Positions 16,817 through 26,505 are shown, numbered from the stretch's first letter. The stretch is DNA of 62,733 nt from Candidatus Doudnabacteria bacterium (GCA_003151625.1 PLYC01000021.1:182930-245662); one strand, 5' to 3'. The notes: a model not told the origin generated them from the sequence alone. A program made the numbers and translations.

Positions 16817-18331
16817 ATGACAAAAGATCAACAACGTATAGGCCAGTTTATTGCGGAAGTCAGGCAACTAAAGGGTTTTAACCAGAGCGACTTTGCTAAG
16901 GCTTTAAAAACCAGTCAGTCGGCTGTGGCTAGAATGGAAAGTGGTCAGCAAAACCTGACTACGGAAATGCTGGCTAAAATTAGCGGAGTGCTAAACCATG
17001 AAATTATTACTTTGGCTGACAAGTCGGTAAATTTTAAAATTGAAGGCGGCAGAAAGTTATCCGGAAAAGTAGCGGTAAACACTTCCAAGAACGCGGCGGT
17101 TAGCCTTTTGTGCGCTTCTCTGCTTAACCAGGGTAAGACGGTTTTAAAAAATGTTCCTAAAATAGAGGAAGTCTACCGGGTAATAGAAGTTTTGGTGAGT
17201 ATTGGCATTTCGGTAAAGTGGCAGGGTACGGACGTGGAAATTCAGCCCGGGAAAAAGATAATTATAAGCAATATAGACAAAGAAGCCGCGGTGAAAACCC
17301 GAAGCGTGCTGATGCTTTTAGGGCCTTTGGCGCATCTCTTGCCCGCTTTTAGTCTGCCTTTGGCCGGAGGTTGCAAACTTGGCGAACGTACAGTAAGGCC
17401 TCATTTGTTTGCTTTGGAAAAATTGGGGGTAAACATAAAAACCCATCACGACCATTACGCGGTTTCCTCACACAAGCTTGCGCCGGCGGAGGTTGTGCTT
17501 TATGAAATGGGCGACACGGTTACGGAAAATGCGCTTATGGCCGCAGCCAAAATTAACGGGGTTACAACCATCAAGCTGGCCTCGTCCAATTATATGGTTC
17601 AGGATTTGTGCCATTTTTTACAGGGGTTGGGGGTAAAAATTGAAGGCATCGGCACTTCCACTTTAACTGTGCATGGAAAGACGCACATAAACCAAAAAAT
17701 CGTTTTTTTTCTGAGCGAGGATCCCATAGAAGCGATGCTGTTTTTGTCTTTGGCGGCAACCACTAATTCGTCTATAACCATTGAGCGCTGTCCCATAGAT
17801 TTTTTACTGCTTGAACTTTTAAAATTGGAGAAGATGGGTTTTAAATATAAAATTATTAGCCAATATCAAAGTCGCAACGGCGCTACCAGTTTGGTTGATA
17901 TAAAAACTTTTCCCTCCACGCTGGTTGCGCTGGAGGAGCAGATTCACCCTTTGCCTGGCGGTCCGGGGATAAATATAGATAACTTGCCCTTTTTTGTCCC
18001 CATTGCCACCCAGGCCAAAGGTATAACGTTGATTCATGACTGGGTTTATGAACATCGCGCGATTTACTATGTGGAATTGGAAAAACTCCGCGCCAATATT
18101 ATTATGGCCGATCCCCATCGGGTATACGTGGAAGGTCCAACCCAGCTTAAAGCCGGGGAAGTTATTTGCCCTCCTGCCCTGCGCCCCGCCGCAATAATCT
18201 TAATTGCCATGTTAGCCGCCAAAGGCACCTCCATTCTCCGAAACGTCTATTCCATAAACCGCGGCTACGAAAATCTCGTCCAGCGTCTCCAAAAATTAGG
18301 CGCGAAGATTGAGATGATACATAGTATGTAA
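16817..18331 (+). CDS. murA: UDP-N-acetylglucosamine 1-carboxyvinyltransferase with N-terminal XRE HTH
   Basis: HTH (NQSDFAKALKTSQSAVARMESG), then SKNAAV.LL, GGCKLG.R...PH catalytic Cys loop, DLRA-equivalent ALRPA. Confidence 0.9.
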   Translation: MTKDQQRIGQFIAEVRQLKGFNQSDFAKALKTSQSAVARMESGQQNLTTEMLAKISGVLNHEIITLADKSVNFKIEGGRKLSGKVAVNTSKNAAVSLLCASLLNQGKTVLKNVPKIEEVYRVIEVLVSIGISVKWQGTDVEIQPGKKIIISNIDKEAAVKTRSVLMLLGPLAHLLPAFSLPLAGGCKLGERTVRPHLFALEKLGVNIKTHHDHYAVSSHKLAPAEVVLYEMGDTVTENALMAAAKINGVTTIKLASSNYMVQDLCHFLQGLGVKIEGIGTSTLTVHGKTHINQKIVFFLSEDPIEAMLFLSLAATTNSSITIERCPIDFLLLELLKLEKMGFKYKIISQYQSRNGATSLVDIKTFPSTLVALEEQIHPLPGGPGINIDNLPFFVPIATQAKGITLIHDWVYEHRAIYYVELEKLRANIIMADPHRVYVEGPTQLKAGEVICPPALRPAAIILIAMLAAKGTSILRNVYSINRGYENLVQRLQKLGAKIEMIHSM

Positions 18332-18337
18332 TAAATT

Positions 18338-18366
18338 AGGCCTCGCTGACTGGCGAGGCTTTTTTC
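18338..18366 (+). terminator. Intrinsic terminator-like hairpin after murA
   Basis: AGGCCTCGC-TGACTG-GCGAGGCT followed by a T run. Confidence 0.55.
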
Positions 18367-18397
18367 TTTTTATGCTAAAATAAAGAAAAGTAAAACT

Positions 18398-20833
18398 ATG
18401 GCGGAAACAAATCAACAATTAGGGTTAAGTTCGGTGGAAGCTGCGAGGAGGATTAAACAGTACGGGCCGAATGCCATTGCGGAAAGCAGGCAGGTTTCGG
18501 GGCTTGTGGAGTTTTTGGTGCGGTTTAAAAACCCGCTGGTTTTAATATTGATTTTTGCGGCCGGGATTTCGGCTTTAACGGGCGACCCTGTTAGCGCGAC
18601 AATCATTATTTTAATAGTACTAATTAGCGTTTTGTTGGATTTTTTTAATACTTATAAGTCTCAGCGTGCGGCCGAAGAATTAAAGGAAAAAGTGCAGATT
18701 TTAGCCAGAGTTACCAGGGACGGTAAAATTCAGGAAATCCCCCTTTGGCAAATAGTGCCGGGCGATGTGGTGCATATGGAGGCTGGCGACCTGGTGCCGG
18801 CCGACGGCAAGGTTTTGGAAGGCAAAGATTTTTTTATAAACGAATCTTCCCTAACCGGTGAATCTTTTCCCGTGGAAAAAGAACCGGGCGCTCCCCTATT
18901 TTTGGGTACCAGCGGCGTGAGCGGAACGGCAGTAATGGAAGTGGAAATTACCGGACACAAAACCAAATATAGCCATATTGCGGAATCCATTGGCGGCGGA
19001 GAGCAACCTACGGAATTTGACCGCAATATTACAGATTTCAGTTATTTAATTATGAAGATTACTTTTGTTTTGGTAATCTTTATCTTTTTAATCAACGCTT
19101 TATTTAAAGCCGCCATACTGGAATCATTTTTATTCTCTGCGGCATTGGCTGTGGGGCTAACACCGGAACTTTTGCCCATGATAATTGCTCTTAATTTGTC
19201 CAAGGGCAGTTTAAATATGTCTAAGCACGGGGTAATAGTAAAAAAACTTTCCGCTATCCAAAATTTCGGTAGTATGGATGTCCTGTGTACGGATAAAACC
19301 GGCACGCTTACCGAAGACAGGATTGTGCTAATGAAGTATGTGGACGCCAAAGGCGAGACTGACGAGAAAATTTTCGACTACGCCTACATTTCCAGCACGT
19401 TCCGTAGCGGCTTCAACAATCCCCTCGATGCCGCCGTAAAAAATTATAAAAAAATTTCTACTTCTCATTTTTCCAAAATAGATGAAGTCCCGTTTGATTT
19501 TGAGCGCAGGCGTGACAGCGTGGTGGTTGAGTCATCGGCCGGGAAAGAAATAGTTTCCAAAGGCGCTCCGGAAGGGCTTTGGGAAATTTGCGACCATTAT
19601 AAAAGCACAAAGACCAAAATTACCCCGCATTTGTTAAAGGAGCTCGAAGAGGAATATAAATCCTTGAGCCAGGACGGGTTTAGGGTTTTGGGAGTGGCAA
19701 GTAAATCCATCGCGGAAAGCAAAAAAACTTATACCAAAGCTGATGAAAGCGGAATGATATTCCTGGGTTTTATAGCTTTTTTGGATCCACCCAAAAAAAC
19801 CGTGTCCGAAACATTAAAACTCCTTGAGAGTTACGGTATTACCATTAAAATTATTACCGGGGACAATGATTTAGTTACCAAAAAAATTGCCGATGAAATT
19901 CAGTTGCCCGTGGCAGGTATATTGCTGGGATCGGAAATTGAAAAAATGCACGACCATGAGTTGGCTTTAAAAGTGGAAAAGACCACAATTTTTTCCAGGG
20001 TAAATCCGGAGCAAAAAAAGCGTATTATTATTGCTCTGCAAAAAAATGGGCACACTGTTGGCTATATGGGCGACGGCATAAACGATGCGCCGAGCCTTAA
20101 AGCCGCGGACGTGGGCATTTCCGTGAACAACGCGGTCAACGTGGCTAAGGACTCCGCCGATCTTATTTTGATGCACAAAAGCCTGCACGATTTGGCCAAC
20201 GGAGTAATTCAGGGGCGCAGTACGTTTTCCAACACCATGAAGTATTTAATGATGGCTCTGTCCAGCAACTTCGGCAATATGTTTTCTATGGCCGGCGCTT
20301 CCCTGTTCTTTAATTTTTTACCCATGCTTCCCACACAAATTTTGCTGAACAATTTGTTGTATGATTCTTCGCAGTTTACCATTCCGTTGGACCAGGTTGA
20401 CATTGAAGACATTAAAAAACCGCGCAAAATGAATTTAAAATTCATTAAAGAATTTATGCTGGTCTTTGGTCCTTTGAGCAGCATATTTGATTTTGCCACT
20501 TTTTATTTGCTGTATTCGGTGTTCAAGTTTTCCGGCAGTCATTTTCAAACCGGATGGTTTATGGAAAGCCTGGCCACGCAGGCGCTGGTAATATTTATTA
20601 TTCGCACCAAAAAAATTCCATTTTTGCAAAGCAACCCCTCCAAGTATTTGGCGTTGTCGGTAGTTCTGGCCGTAGTACTTGGCTGGGTGGTAGCGCTTAG
20701 CGGCTTTGGCGCGGTGTTTAAGTTCACTTCCCTGCCGGTCTTGGCCTGTTTGGGAATAGTGCTGATTACTGCGGTGTACTTGGTGTTAGTCGAGTTTATC
20801 AAGCGGCGGTTTTACAGACGCTTCGCGGATTAA
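18398..20833 (+). CDS. mgtA: Mg2+-transporting P-type ATPase (P3B)
   Basis: TGES, PELLP, DKTGTLT, KGAPE, TGDN, MGDGINDAP, SSNFGNMFS. Confidence 0.9.
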   Translation: MAETNQQLGLSSVEAARRIKQYGPNAIAESRQVSGLVEFLVRFKNPLVLILIFAAGISALTGDPVSATIIILIVLISVLLDFFNTYKSQRAAEELKEKVQILARVTRDGKIQEIPLWQIVPGDVVHMEAGDLVPADGKVLEGKDFFINESSLTGESFPVEKEPGAPLFLGTSGVSGTAVMEVEITGHKTKYSHIAESIGGGEQPTEFDRNITDFSYLIMKITFVLVIFIFLINALFKAAILESFLFSAALAVGLTPELLPMIIALNLSKGSLNMSKHGVIVKKLSAIQNFGSMDVLCTDKTGTLTEDRIVLMKYVDAKGETDEKIFDYAYISSTFRSGFNNPLDAAVKNYKKISTSHFSKIDEVPFDFERRRDSVVVESSAGKEIVSKGAPEGLWEICDHYKSTKTKITPHLLKELEEEYKSLSQDGFRVLGVASKSIAESKKTYTKADESGMIFLGFIAFLDPPKKTVSETLKLLESYGITIKIITGDNDLVTKKIADEIQLPVAGILLGSEIEKMHDHELALKVEKTTIFSRVNPEQKKRIIIALQKNGHTVGYMGDGINDAPSLKAADVGISVNNAVNVAKDSADLILMHKSLHDLANGVIQGRSTFSNTMKYLMMALSSNFGNMFSMAGASLFFNFLPMLPTQILLNNLLYDSSQFTIPLDQVDIEDIKKPRKMNLKFIKEFMLVFGPLSSIFDFATFYLLYSVFKFSGSHFQTGWFMESLATQALVIFIIRTKKIPFLQSNPSKYLALSVVLAVVLGWVVALSGFGAVFKFTSLPVLACLGIVLITAVYLVLVEFIKRRFYRRFAD

Positions 20834-20874
20834 AACAATGGGCACCGTTGTGCAGCACAACGGTGCCCATTGTT
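20834..20874. repeat. Palindromic element family A
   Basis: AACAATGGGCACCGTTGTGC-A-GCACAACGGTGCCCATTGTT immediately after the mgtA stop. Confidence 0.85.
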
Positions 20875-20917
20875 GGCTATGTTATAAATAAAGCCGCCAT
20901 GCTCTAGCATAGCGGTT

Positions 20918-21169
20918 TTATTTTAGTTTCGATTTTTTTATAAGCTCCAGTTTTTTTATCCGGGGTAATTTTTTTACCGCCGCTTCCCTGCTCAGCGCCT
21001 TCCCCCATTTGCGGAACTTTTCACTGTAAACAATTCTCCCGCCGCCGTGGGCAATTACATATTTTGATCCCCTGCCTGAATTATGTTTTGCTTCCCTCTC
21101 CTTTAACTCCTTCGTACTTCCCGAATACAGCGTTCCGTCTTTGCATTTTAGAATGTAGAAATAAGCCAT
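20918..21169 (-). CDS. Stand-alone GIY-YIG nuclease
   Basis: MAYFYILKCKDGTLYSGST....R...HN.G.GSKY...Y.E......A..RE..VKK. Confidence 0.85.
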   Translation of the reverse strand: MAYFYILKCKDGTLYSGSTKELKEREAKHNSGRGSKYVIAHGGGRIVYSEKFRKWGKALSREAAVKKLPRIKKLELIKKSKLK

Positions 21170-21276
21170 ATTTTTACAGCCCTGTACCAGTCGTCTGACT
21201 CCGGTACAGGGCACTCACCACTCACTTCGACCGACAACATGGCTGTGCCATGAACCCGAACGAAGTGAGTGGTTCG
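21170..21276 (-). repeat. Post-tRNA element leading into the GIY-YIG gene
   Basis: CGAACCACT...TGAGTGCCCTGTACCGGAGTCAGACGACTGGTACAGGGCTGTAAAA; matches 4459-4566. Confidence 0.75.
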
Positions 21277-21350
21277 TGGTGGACCTGGGGGGAATCGAAC
21301 CCCCGCCTCGGCAATGCGAATGCCGCGTAATACCACTTTACTACAGGCCC
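21277..21350 (-). tRNA. tRNA-Ala(CGC)
   Basis: G3:U70 identity pair, anticodon arm CGGCA-TTCGCAT-TGCCG, encoded CCA. Confidence 0.93.
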
Positions 21351-21456
21351 TTATTAGATTTAAGATTGAAATCACTGCATAATTTTAGCTGATTATGCTA
21401 TAGTAGTAAAGCGTCGGGTAATCAGCAGGCGCATATACAATAATGACTCATTATAT

Positions 21457-21927
21457 ATGTTCAAGATAAAAATAATCGCGCTTGGAAAGTTCAAAGAAAA
21501 AGCTTACAGGGAACTGGAAGCCGAATTTTTGAAGCGCCTGTCCCCTTTCGCCAAGGTTAAGCTTGTGGAGCTGCCGGAAGTTGGTTATGGAAAAAATCAG
21601 GACGTGGAAAAAATTAAAGAGCAGGAAGCGAAAAAAGTAATAAAACAATTGCCGGAAAACGCGGTAATAATTTTGCTGGAAGAAAAAGGAACCCTAAGGA
21701 ACTCTAAGGATTTGGCGGTTTTTTTGGAAAGAGTTGGTGGGCTTGGAAAAGAGCTGGTGTTTGTAATTGGCAGCGGTATTGGACTACATCAATCGCTTCA
21801 TCAATACAGTAATTATTCTATTTCCCTATCCCCTCTTACATTTCCTCACAATATGGCAAGGGTTTTATTAGAGGAACAGATTTACCGGGCTTGTACGATT
21901 TTGGCAGGGAAAGAGTACCATAAGTAG
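21457..21927 (+). CDS. rlmH: 23S rRNA (pseudouridine-1915-N3)-methyltransferase
   Basis: IKIIALGK.KE, FVIGSG.GL, SLS.LTFPH.MARVLL.EQIYRA.TI..G..YHK. Confidence 0.92.
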   Translation: MFKIKIIALGKFKEKAYRELEAEFLKRLSPFAKVKLVELPEVGYGKNQDVEKIKEQEAKKVIKQLPENAVIILLEEKGTLRNSKDLAVFLERVGGLGKELVFVIGSGIGLHQSLHQYSNYSISLSPLTFPHNMARVLLEEQIYRACTILAGKEYHK

Positions 21928-21937
21928 AGTTTAAAAT

Positions 21938-22360
21938 TTAAAACCAAGTGGATTTTTTGTAAGAAATATATTCCTGCCCAAATTTATTGGTCAGGATTTT
22001 TTCTTCGGCCTTAGCTCTTATTACCTGCATAATAATCAACGCAAGCAAGACAAGATTTATCCAAAGTTTTTGATAAACCAAACACAATCCAAAAATTGTA
22101 ATAATGTCTGAAGTGTATATAGGGTGACGGATTTTTTTATATATTCCTGTTTGTACAATTTTTTTAGCTTTGGGAAATACTGAAAAAGCCTCCCCTAACT
22201 GATATCGAGCGGTAGTCCATAATATTGCCCCTGCCAAAGTAATTATATAGCCTAGCAGAGTTAATTGATTAAATCCAAATAGTTTAAAAGAGTATACAAA
22301 AAGAGCAAAAAATAAAAATATGTCAAAGTAGGTTCCTTTAAATTTTTGTAGCAGGTTCAT
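21938..22360 (-). CDS. Isoprenylcysteine carboxyl methyltransferase/PEMT-family membrane protein
   Basis: IVQTGIYKKIRHPIY, R...EE..L...FG.EY..YKK. Confidence 0.8.
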   Translation of the reverse strand: MNLLQKFKGTYFDIFLFFALFVYSFKLFGFNQLTLLGYIITLAGAILWTTARYQLGEAFSVFPKAKKIVQTGIYKKIRHPIYTSDIITIFGLCLVYQKLWINLVLLALIIMQVIRAKAEEKILTNKFGQEYISYKKSTWF

Positions 22361-23735
22361 TTTTTGTTTTTATTTCCGTTCCGATTAATGCTAATAAAAT
22401 CCAAAGAAGAAGTTGGGTTTGCTGGAGGGTGTAAAAGTAGTGGTCAAATTGCATTAGGAGCAAAAAAGACAGGAAAATAGAGAATAGAGACAAGAGATAA
22501 GGAGAGAAATTAGTCCGCAATTTTTTTGTTAGTCCCCAAAGATGGGATAAAAATATCCAGATTAAAACCAGCATTGCCGGGATGCCAAGTTCAGCGGCGG
22601 CGATAATAAAGTAGTTGTGCGGGGGTTGTTTGTCCCAGGGTGCTAATGATTTTCCACTGTACTGTTCCATGTGGAGCAACCCCTCCCCTAGCCCGACGCC
22701 AAATATAGGGTTTTTTTCTGCCATTTTGATTCCAGTTACATCATAAAATTTCCTGGCAATGGTTGATTGGTCGGAAAAGGTTGCGCGGGTGAGAAGGAAG
22801 GGTTTGAAGATGAAAAAAGATATGGCTATTGAAACAACTATTACCACTATTGGCGTCATTCTAAACCCGAATGCATTTGAGGGTAAAGAATCTTTGGTAT
22901 GAGATCCTTCACTCGGCTGCCCTCGTTCAGGATGACGCCGAATAAATAAACCTCCGAAGTAAATAATAAGCCCTGTGGCTAACGCAAGATATGCCTCACG
23001 TGAAAAGGTAACAGTAAGACCAAGAATGTTAATAAATAGCAGGGTTGAGTATAAAATGCGTGATTTATTGGTTATGGCATTCGTTAACAGGTAAATGGTA
23101 ATTGTAATTCCAGCTGCCAAGAAGGCTGAAAATGGATTTGGGTGTGGAAATAAGCCGTAACCGCGTATAAAAGTTGTTCCACCTGAAACAATTTTAGCTA
23201 CGCCCAGGATGCTTGGACTAAGATGTGACTCCCCTAACTTGAACAAACCGATTGACGATTGCCTGGCAAATTGGATTAGCGCAAGTATGGACTCAAGGCT
23301 GCATAACCAGACAAAAAGCTTCAAAAACAGCTTTTTTATGAGGTTTTGCTCAAAAAGAAGGCTAAATGTTCCATATGCAACAATTAGTTCGAGCCATTTT
23401 ATGAGCAAATAGCCATTAAGCCTTATATTTAAGCCAAAATGTGCAAGAAAAGCACAAAAAACCAATAGAATAAGCCATTTTAGGGGTTTTACCACGTGGC
23501 AGAAGTCTCTACCACGTGGTAAAATGACCAAAAACCACATAGTGAGAAGTAATATGTCGCTTAAATATAAGGAAAAAGAAGTAAAATCAGAATAATCTCC
23601 TGTTAAATAAGCTTCTTTTGAGAAAAAAGTGTGGTGAATAGGGCAAAATAGGGATAAGAGAAACAAAAAGGCAAAGATTCTCAGTCTTTTGTTATAAGTT
23701 TGACTATTTTTAAGATTTGTGATGTAATTAATCAT
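22338..23735 (-). CDS. O-antigen ligase-like (Wzy_C) membrane protein with a 28-aa palindrome-derived insertion
   Basis: Many TM helices, R..G.F.HPN, LTVTFSR, P.FGVG.G, PPHN...ELG; start reassigned to the ATG at 23735. Confidence 0.8.
   Translation of the reverse strand: MINYITNLKNSQTYNKRLRIFAFLFLLSLFCPIHHTFFSKEAYLTGDYSDFTSFSLYLSDILLLTMWFLVILPRGRDFCHVVKPLKWLILLVFCAFLAHFGLNIRLNGYLLIKWLELIVAYGTFSLLFEQNLIKKLFLKLFVWLCSLESILALIQFARQSSIGLFKLGESHLSPSILGVAKIVSGGTTFIRGYGLFPHPNPFSAFLAAGITITIYLLTNAITNKSRILYSTLLFINILGLTVTFSREAYLALATGLIIYFGGLFIRRHPERGQPSEGSHTKDSLPSNAFGFRMTPIVVIVVSIAISFFIFKPFLLTRATFSDQSTIARKFYDVTGIKMAEKNPIFGVGLGEGLLHMEQYSGKSLAPWDKQPPHNYFIIAAAELGIPAMLVLIWIFLSHLWGLTKKLRTNFSPYLLSLFSIFLSFLLLMQFDHYFYTLQQTQLLLWILLALIGTEIKTKNEPATKI
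22854..22937. repeat. 84-nt GTCAT...ATGAC composite palindrome (family B), in frame in the O-antigen ligase
   Basis: Coding strand CGTCATCCTGAACGAGGGCAGCCGAGTGAAGGATCT...AGATTCTT...GCATTCGGGTTTAGAATGACG; homologous to 29820-29913. Confidence 0.8.
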
Positions 23736-23753
23736 ATATAAATCTGTGGTAAA

Positions 23754-23792
23754 ACAATGGGCACCATTGTGCAGCACAATGGTGCCCATTGT
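23754..23792. repeat. Palindromic element family A
   Basis: ACAATGGGCACCATTGTGC-A-GCACAATGGTGCCCATTGT with compensatory changes relative to 4269. Confidence 0.85.
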
Positions 23793-23870
23793 AGAATGCA
23801 CTAATCTCTTTAACCATTCTATCATAGCTGGTTTTTGTGTTATACTTTTTGGAGCTGACAATGAATATTT

Positions 23871-23945
23871 GCCTTCGTAGCTCAATGGATAGAGCAAATC
23901 CGTCCTAAGGATGAGATGGGGGTTCGATTCCCTCCGAGGGCACCA
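23871..23945 (+). tRNA. tRNA-Arg(CCT)
   Basis: GCCTTCG/CGAGGGC acceptor, loop GT-CCT-AA (unusual G32), TTCGATT loop, CCA. Confidence 0.88.
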
Positions 23946-24017
23946 TTCGACTCGTCCCGCCCAGGCGGGATTTAATCATGGCCTCCGGCCAAGACAAAAA
24001 TTTGGTATAATAAAATC

Positions 24018-24425
24018 ATGATAGACCCGGATTTAAAAACGGAGTTAGACCAGTTAAATAAAAATCTAACCGAAATAAATAAAAAGACCGGCAAGACCGG
24101 GATTTGGCGTTCTTTTTTTAACGGCATGTTTGGCGCTTTGGGTTATATAGCTGGAGTTGCATTGGTAGTTGTTATTTTAGGGTGGTTTTTGCAGAAAACA
24201 GGGCTACTCAAGTCTTTTCAGGATCAAGTGAGTAACTTTACCGACTTGGTTGATTCAGCCAAAAAATTAATTACAACCGATTCAAGCTCTTCCAACAATA
24301 ATCTTAATAATTCCACAAATAATAGTGCTGCCAATCCGGCAAAAGTTAATCAATCAGCAACCGGAACCCCGACAATAGTAACTTTGCCCAATGGCCAACA
24401 GATTAAACTACTAATTCCGCAGTAG
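24018..24425 (+). CDS. Hypothetical membrane protein
   Basis: One TM segment (FFNGMFGALGYIAGVALVVVILGWFL) and a low-complexity N/S-rich tail. Confidence 0.7.
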   Translation: MIDPDLKTELDQLNKNLTEINKKTGKTGIWRSFFNGMFGALGYIAGVALVVVILGWFLQKTGLLKSFQDQVSNFTDLVDSAKKLITTDSSSSNNNLNNSTNNSAANPAKVNQSATGTPTIVTLPNGQQIKLLIPQ

Positions 24426-24541
24426 GGGACTCTTGCTAAAATAAGAAAAAACGAGTAGAATATCGGAGTTGCCATCCTTGATCCTTTCTCTTTTACCATC
24501 GATGGTAAAGGATAATGGATTAAGGATAACGGATAAAATAA

Positions 24542-24615
24542 GGGCCTGTAGTATAATGGTAATACGGATCCATGGCATGGATTAGTCGAGGGTTCGATTC
24601 CCTCCAGGTCCACCA
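24542..24615 (+). tRNA. tRNA-Ala(GGC)
   Basis: G3:U70, anticodon loop A-T-GGC-A-T with the A32-U38 pair typical of this isoacceptor, CCA. Confidence 0.93.
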
Positions 24616-24789
24616 AATAAAAAATATCCCAATGTGTGGGATATTTTTTATTTGTCCCGAGCGAATCTCGCGTAGCGGGACGAGTCGAGGGGCAATATTA
24701 AATGAGTCATTTATAAAAAGAAAAAACCCGGAACTCACATTCCGGGCGCCCATAGAAAAAGGGGCAATTTTGAATCACAGGTTTTGTGG

Positions 24790-26505
24790 TTAGCGGTCGA
24801 AAGGCATAAAGCGGTTAGTCAGTTTCGCCAACAGGCCTACCGGACCATTTGAGCCTTGGGGCAAGAGTGGGGAGGTAGCACACCGACCGAACGGAGCCAG
24901 ACCAACAATGACGGACAAATAGCTAAGGTTGGCCAGCCAGCGTTGCAGGCGGCGAGGATGGGTAAGCGGACTGCCGAGCGCGCAAATGTCGAGGTTATAA
25001 AACTGCTGCGGGTTAGCAGTCAGCTTTTCAGTATTTGCGGGCTGGATGTCCCAGCCGAGGTTGCCCGGAACAGCGGTCTTGGCCAGATAGGGTCTAAGCA
25101 CAGTATTGGGCCAGCGTTTGGTATAGCGATAACAATCACGCACTGTGGCCCAAAGTTGATGTGGTGTGTTGTTGGGGTAGCCCATAATCATCAATACTTC
25201 CGCACGGAGTCCCATTGTTTCCGACAGATCCAAACAGTCAACAATGTCTTTGGCATTGTTCTGCAGTTTGTTCTGTTGTTTCCATACTTCTTTGTTCGGT
25301 CCGTCTATCCCAAAACCAACACACCACAATCCTGACCTGTTGACCAGTTCAGAAAAATTTGGAATGGTTCGGGAGGCTTTTAGGAAAGTGCTCATGCAGG
25401 ACAGCGCGCGTATTTGAAGTTTGACACCGGTTGTATCAGCCGCATCCGCCGCCGCCTGCATATATTTGACTACGGTCTGAGGGTTTTGAAAGAAGTCCAG
25501 CGCGCTGGCGTAGCATTCAAGCCTGGGTATTCCAAACTGTTTGGCTTTCCCCATCAGGAACTGCAAATCCTGGGTAAACAGATCCAGGCGCTTGTGTTCT
25601 TCGTGCCGGTTTTTGTCCGCGAAGCAAAAGTGACAATTGTAAATGCAACCTTGGGAAAGAACCAGGGCAAACTCATGTTCAAGATATTGCCGCAAGCGAG
25701 TATCTCCCATCTGTTCCCAAACAGGGAAAAACGAAACTTCAAATACAGAGGGGAGTTTGCTCAACACGGGCTCTACGGTGCCTGGACTTGTGCCCTGAAC
25801 TGCGCGTTTCCCGAAAATTCTCCGAAACTCGCCATTGTCCAAGCCTCTAAGGACTTGTCCACCCAAGATAACTGTGGCATTCGGGTAGTTTTCGGCCGAG
25901 TATTGGCAAAAGGCGATAGTTGATGGGAAGTATGGACTGCCGACTACCGAAACGCCAATAACATCGGCGCGCGACAGCAGGTTTTTGACGCGTTCGTCGT
26001 GCCGATCGTCAATATTGAAATCTATGACGTCAACCTGATGGCCAGCGGCATGGCACTGCGCGGCAACGGACATTAGCGAACCGCTCATATAGATTTTCTT
26101 TTTCCCGTAGGGGTATTCAAGATCCACCAGAACAACCCGCTTGCGTTTTGTCAGGGAAAGCGTTGGCAGTATAGCCACCTCTTTAATAACTGGGATTTTG
26201 CGGAACACAAACGTGATTTGCGGTTTGGGCGCCAATGGAATGTGTTCATTTACCGTGTCCATAATCTGCTTAAAAACCGTAACAGGTTCGTAGAAAGTTC
26301 GACTTTCTCCGACAGGGACTTCTTCATTCTTGTGGCAAATACCGTCTTTGTCGGGTGAGAGGCATACCCAGGCTGCAACGTCGTTTCCGCTCGAATCCCA
26401 TCGGGAGAAATTCTTCCAGTTGACCGTCACCGCGCTTTTGACCTCGACGTTAAAAAGGCTTAGAGCGCAGAAAATCGCTAAAATACTTACTGTCCTGTGA
26501 TTCAT
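24790..26505 (-). CDS. Cobalamin-binding radical-SAM protein with an N-terminal signal-like extension
   Basis: B12-binding region (VDVIDFN...VIGVS...VILGG), SQGCIYNCHFC CxxxCxxC, VGFGID; AGGAGG Shine-Dalgarno 10 nt upstream. Confidence 0.8.
   Translation of the reverse strand: MNHRTVSILAIFCALSLFNVEVKSAVTVNWKNFSRWDSSGNDVAAWVCLSPDKDGICHKNEEVPVGESRTFYEPVTVFKQIMDTVNEHIPLAPKPQITFVFRKIPVIKEVAILPTLSLTKRKRVVLVDLEYPYGKKKIYMSGSLMSVAAQCHAAGHQVDVIDFNIDDRHDERVKNLLSRADVIGVSVVGSPYFPSTIAFCQYSAENYPNATVILGGQVLRGLDNGEFRRIFGKRAVQGTSPGTVEPVLSKLPSVFEVSFFPVWEQMGDTRLRQYLEHEFALVLSQGCIYNCHFCFADKNRHEEHKRLDLFTQDLQFLMGKAKQFGIPRLECYASALDFFQNPQTVVKYMQAAADAADTTGVKLQIRALSCMSTFLKASRTIPNFSELVNRSGLWCVGFGIDGPNKEVWKQQNKLQNNAKDIVDCLDLSETMGLRAEVLMIMGYPNNTPHQLWATVRDCYRYTKRWPNTVLRPYLAKTAVPGNLGWDIQPANTEKLTANPQQFYNLDICALGSPLTHPRRLQRWLANLSYLSVIVGLAPFGRCATSPLLPQGSNGPVGLLAKLTNRFMPFDR

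Noticed and set aside
23736-23897. N-terminal extension of the O-antigen ligase ORF (likewise the longer starts at 10738, 21214, 27618, 28443, 46930, 48367, 55790)
   Set aside because: The extensions run through tRNAs, palindromes or upstream genes. Downstream ATGs match the domain starts or SD sites better.
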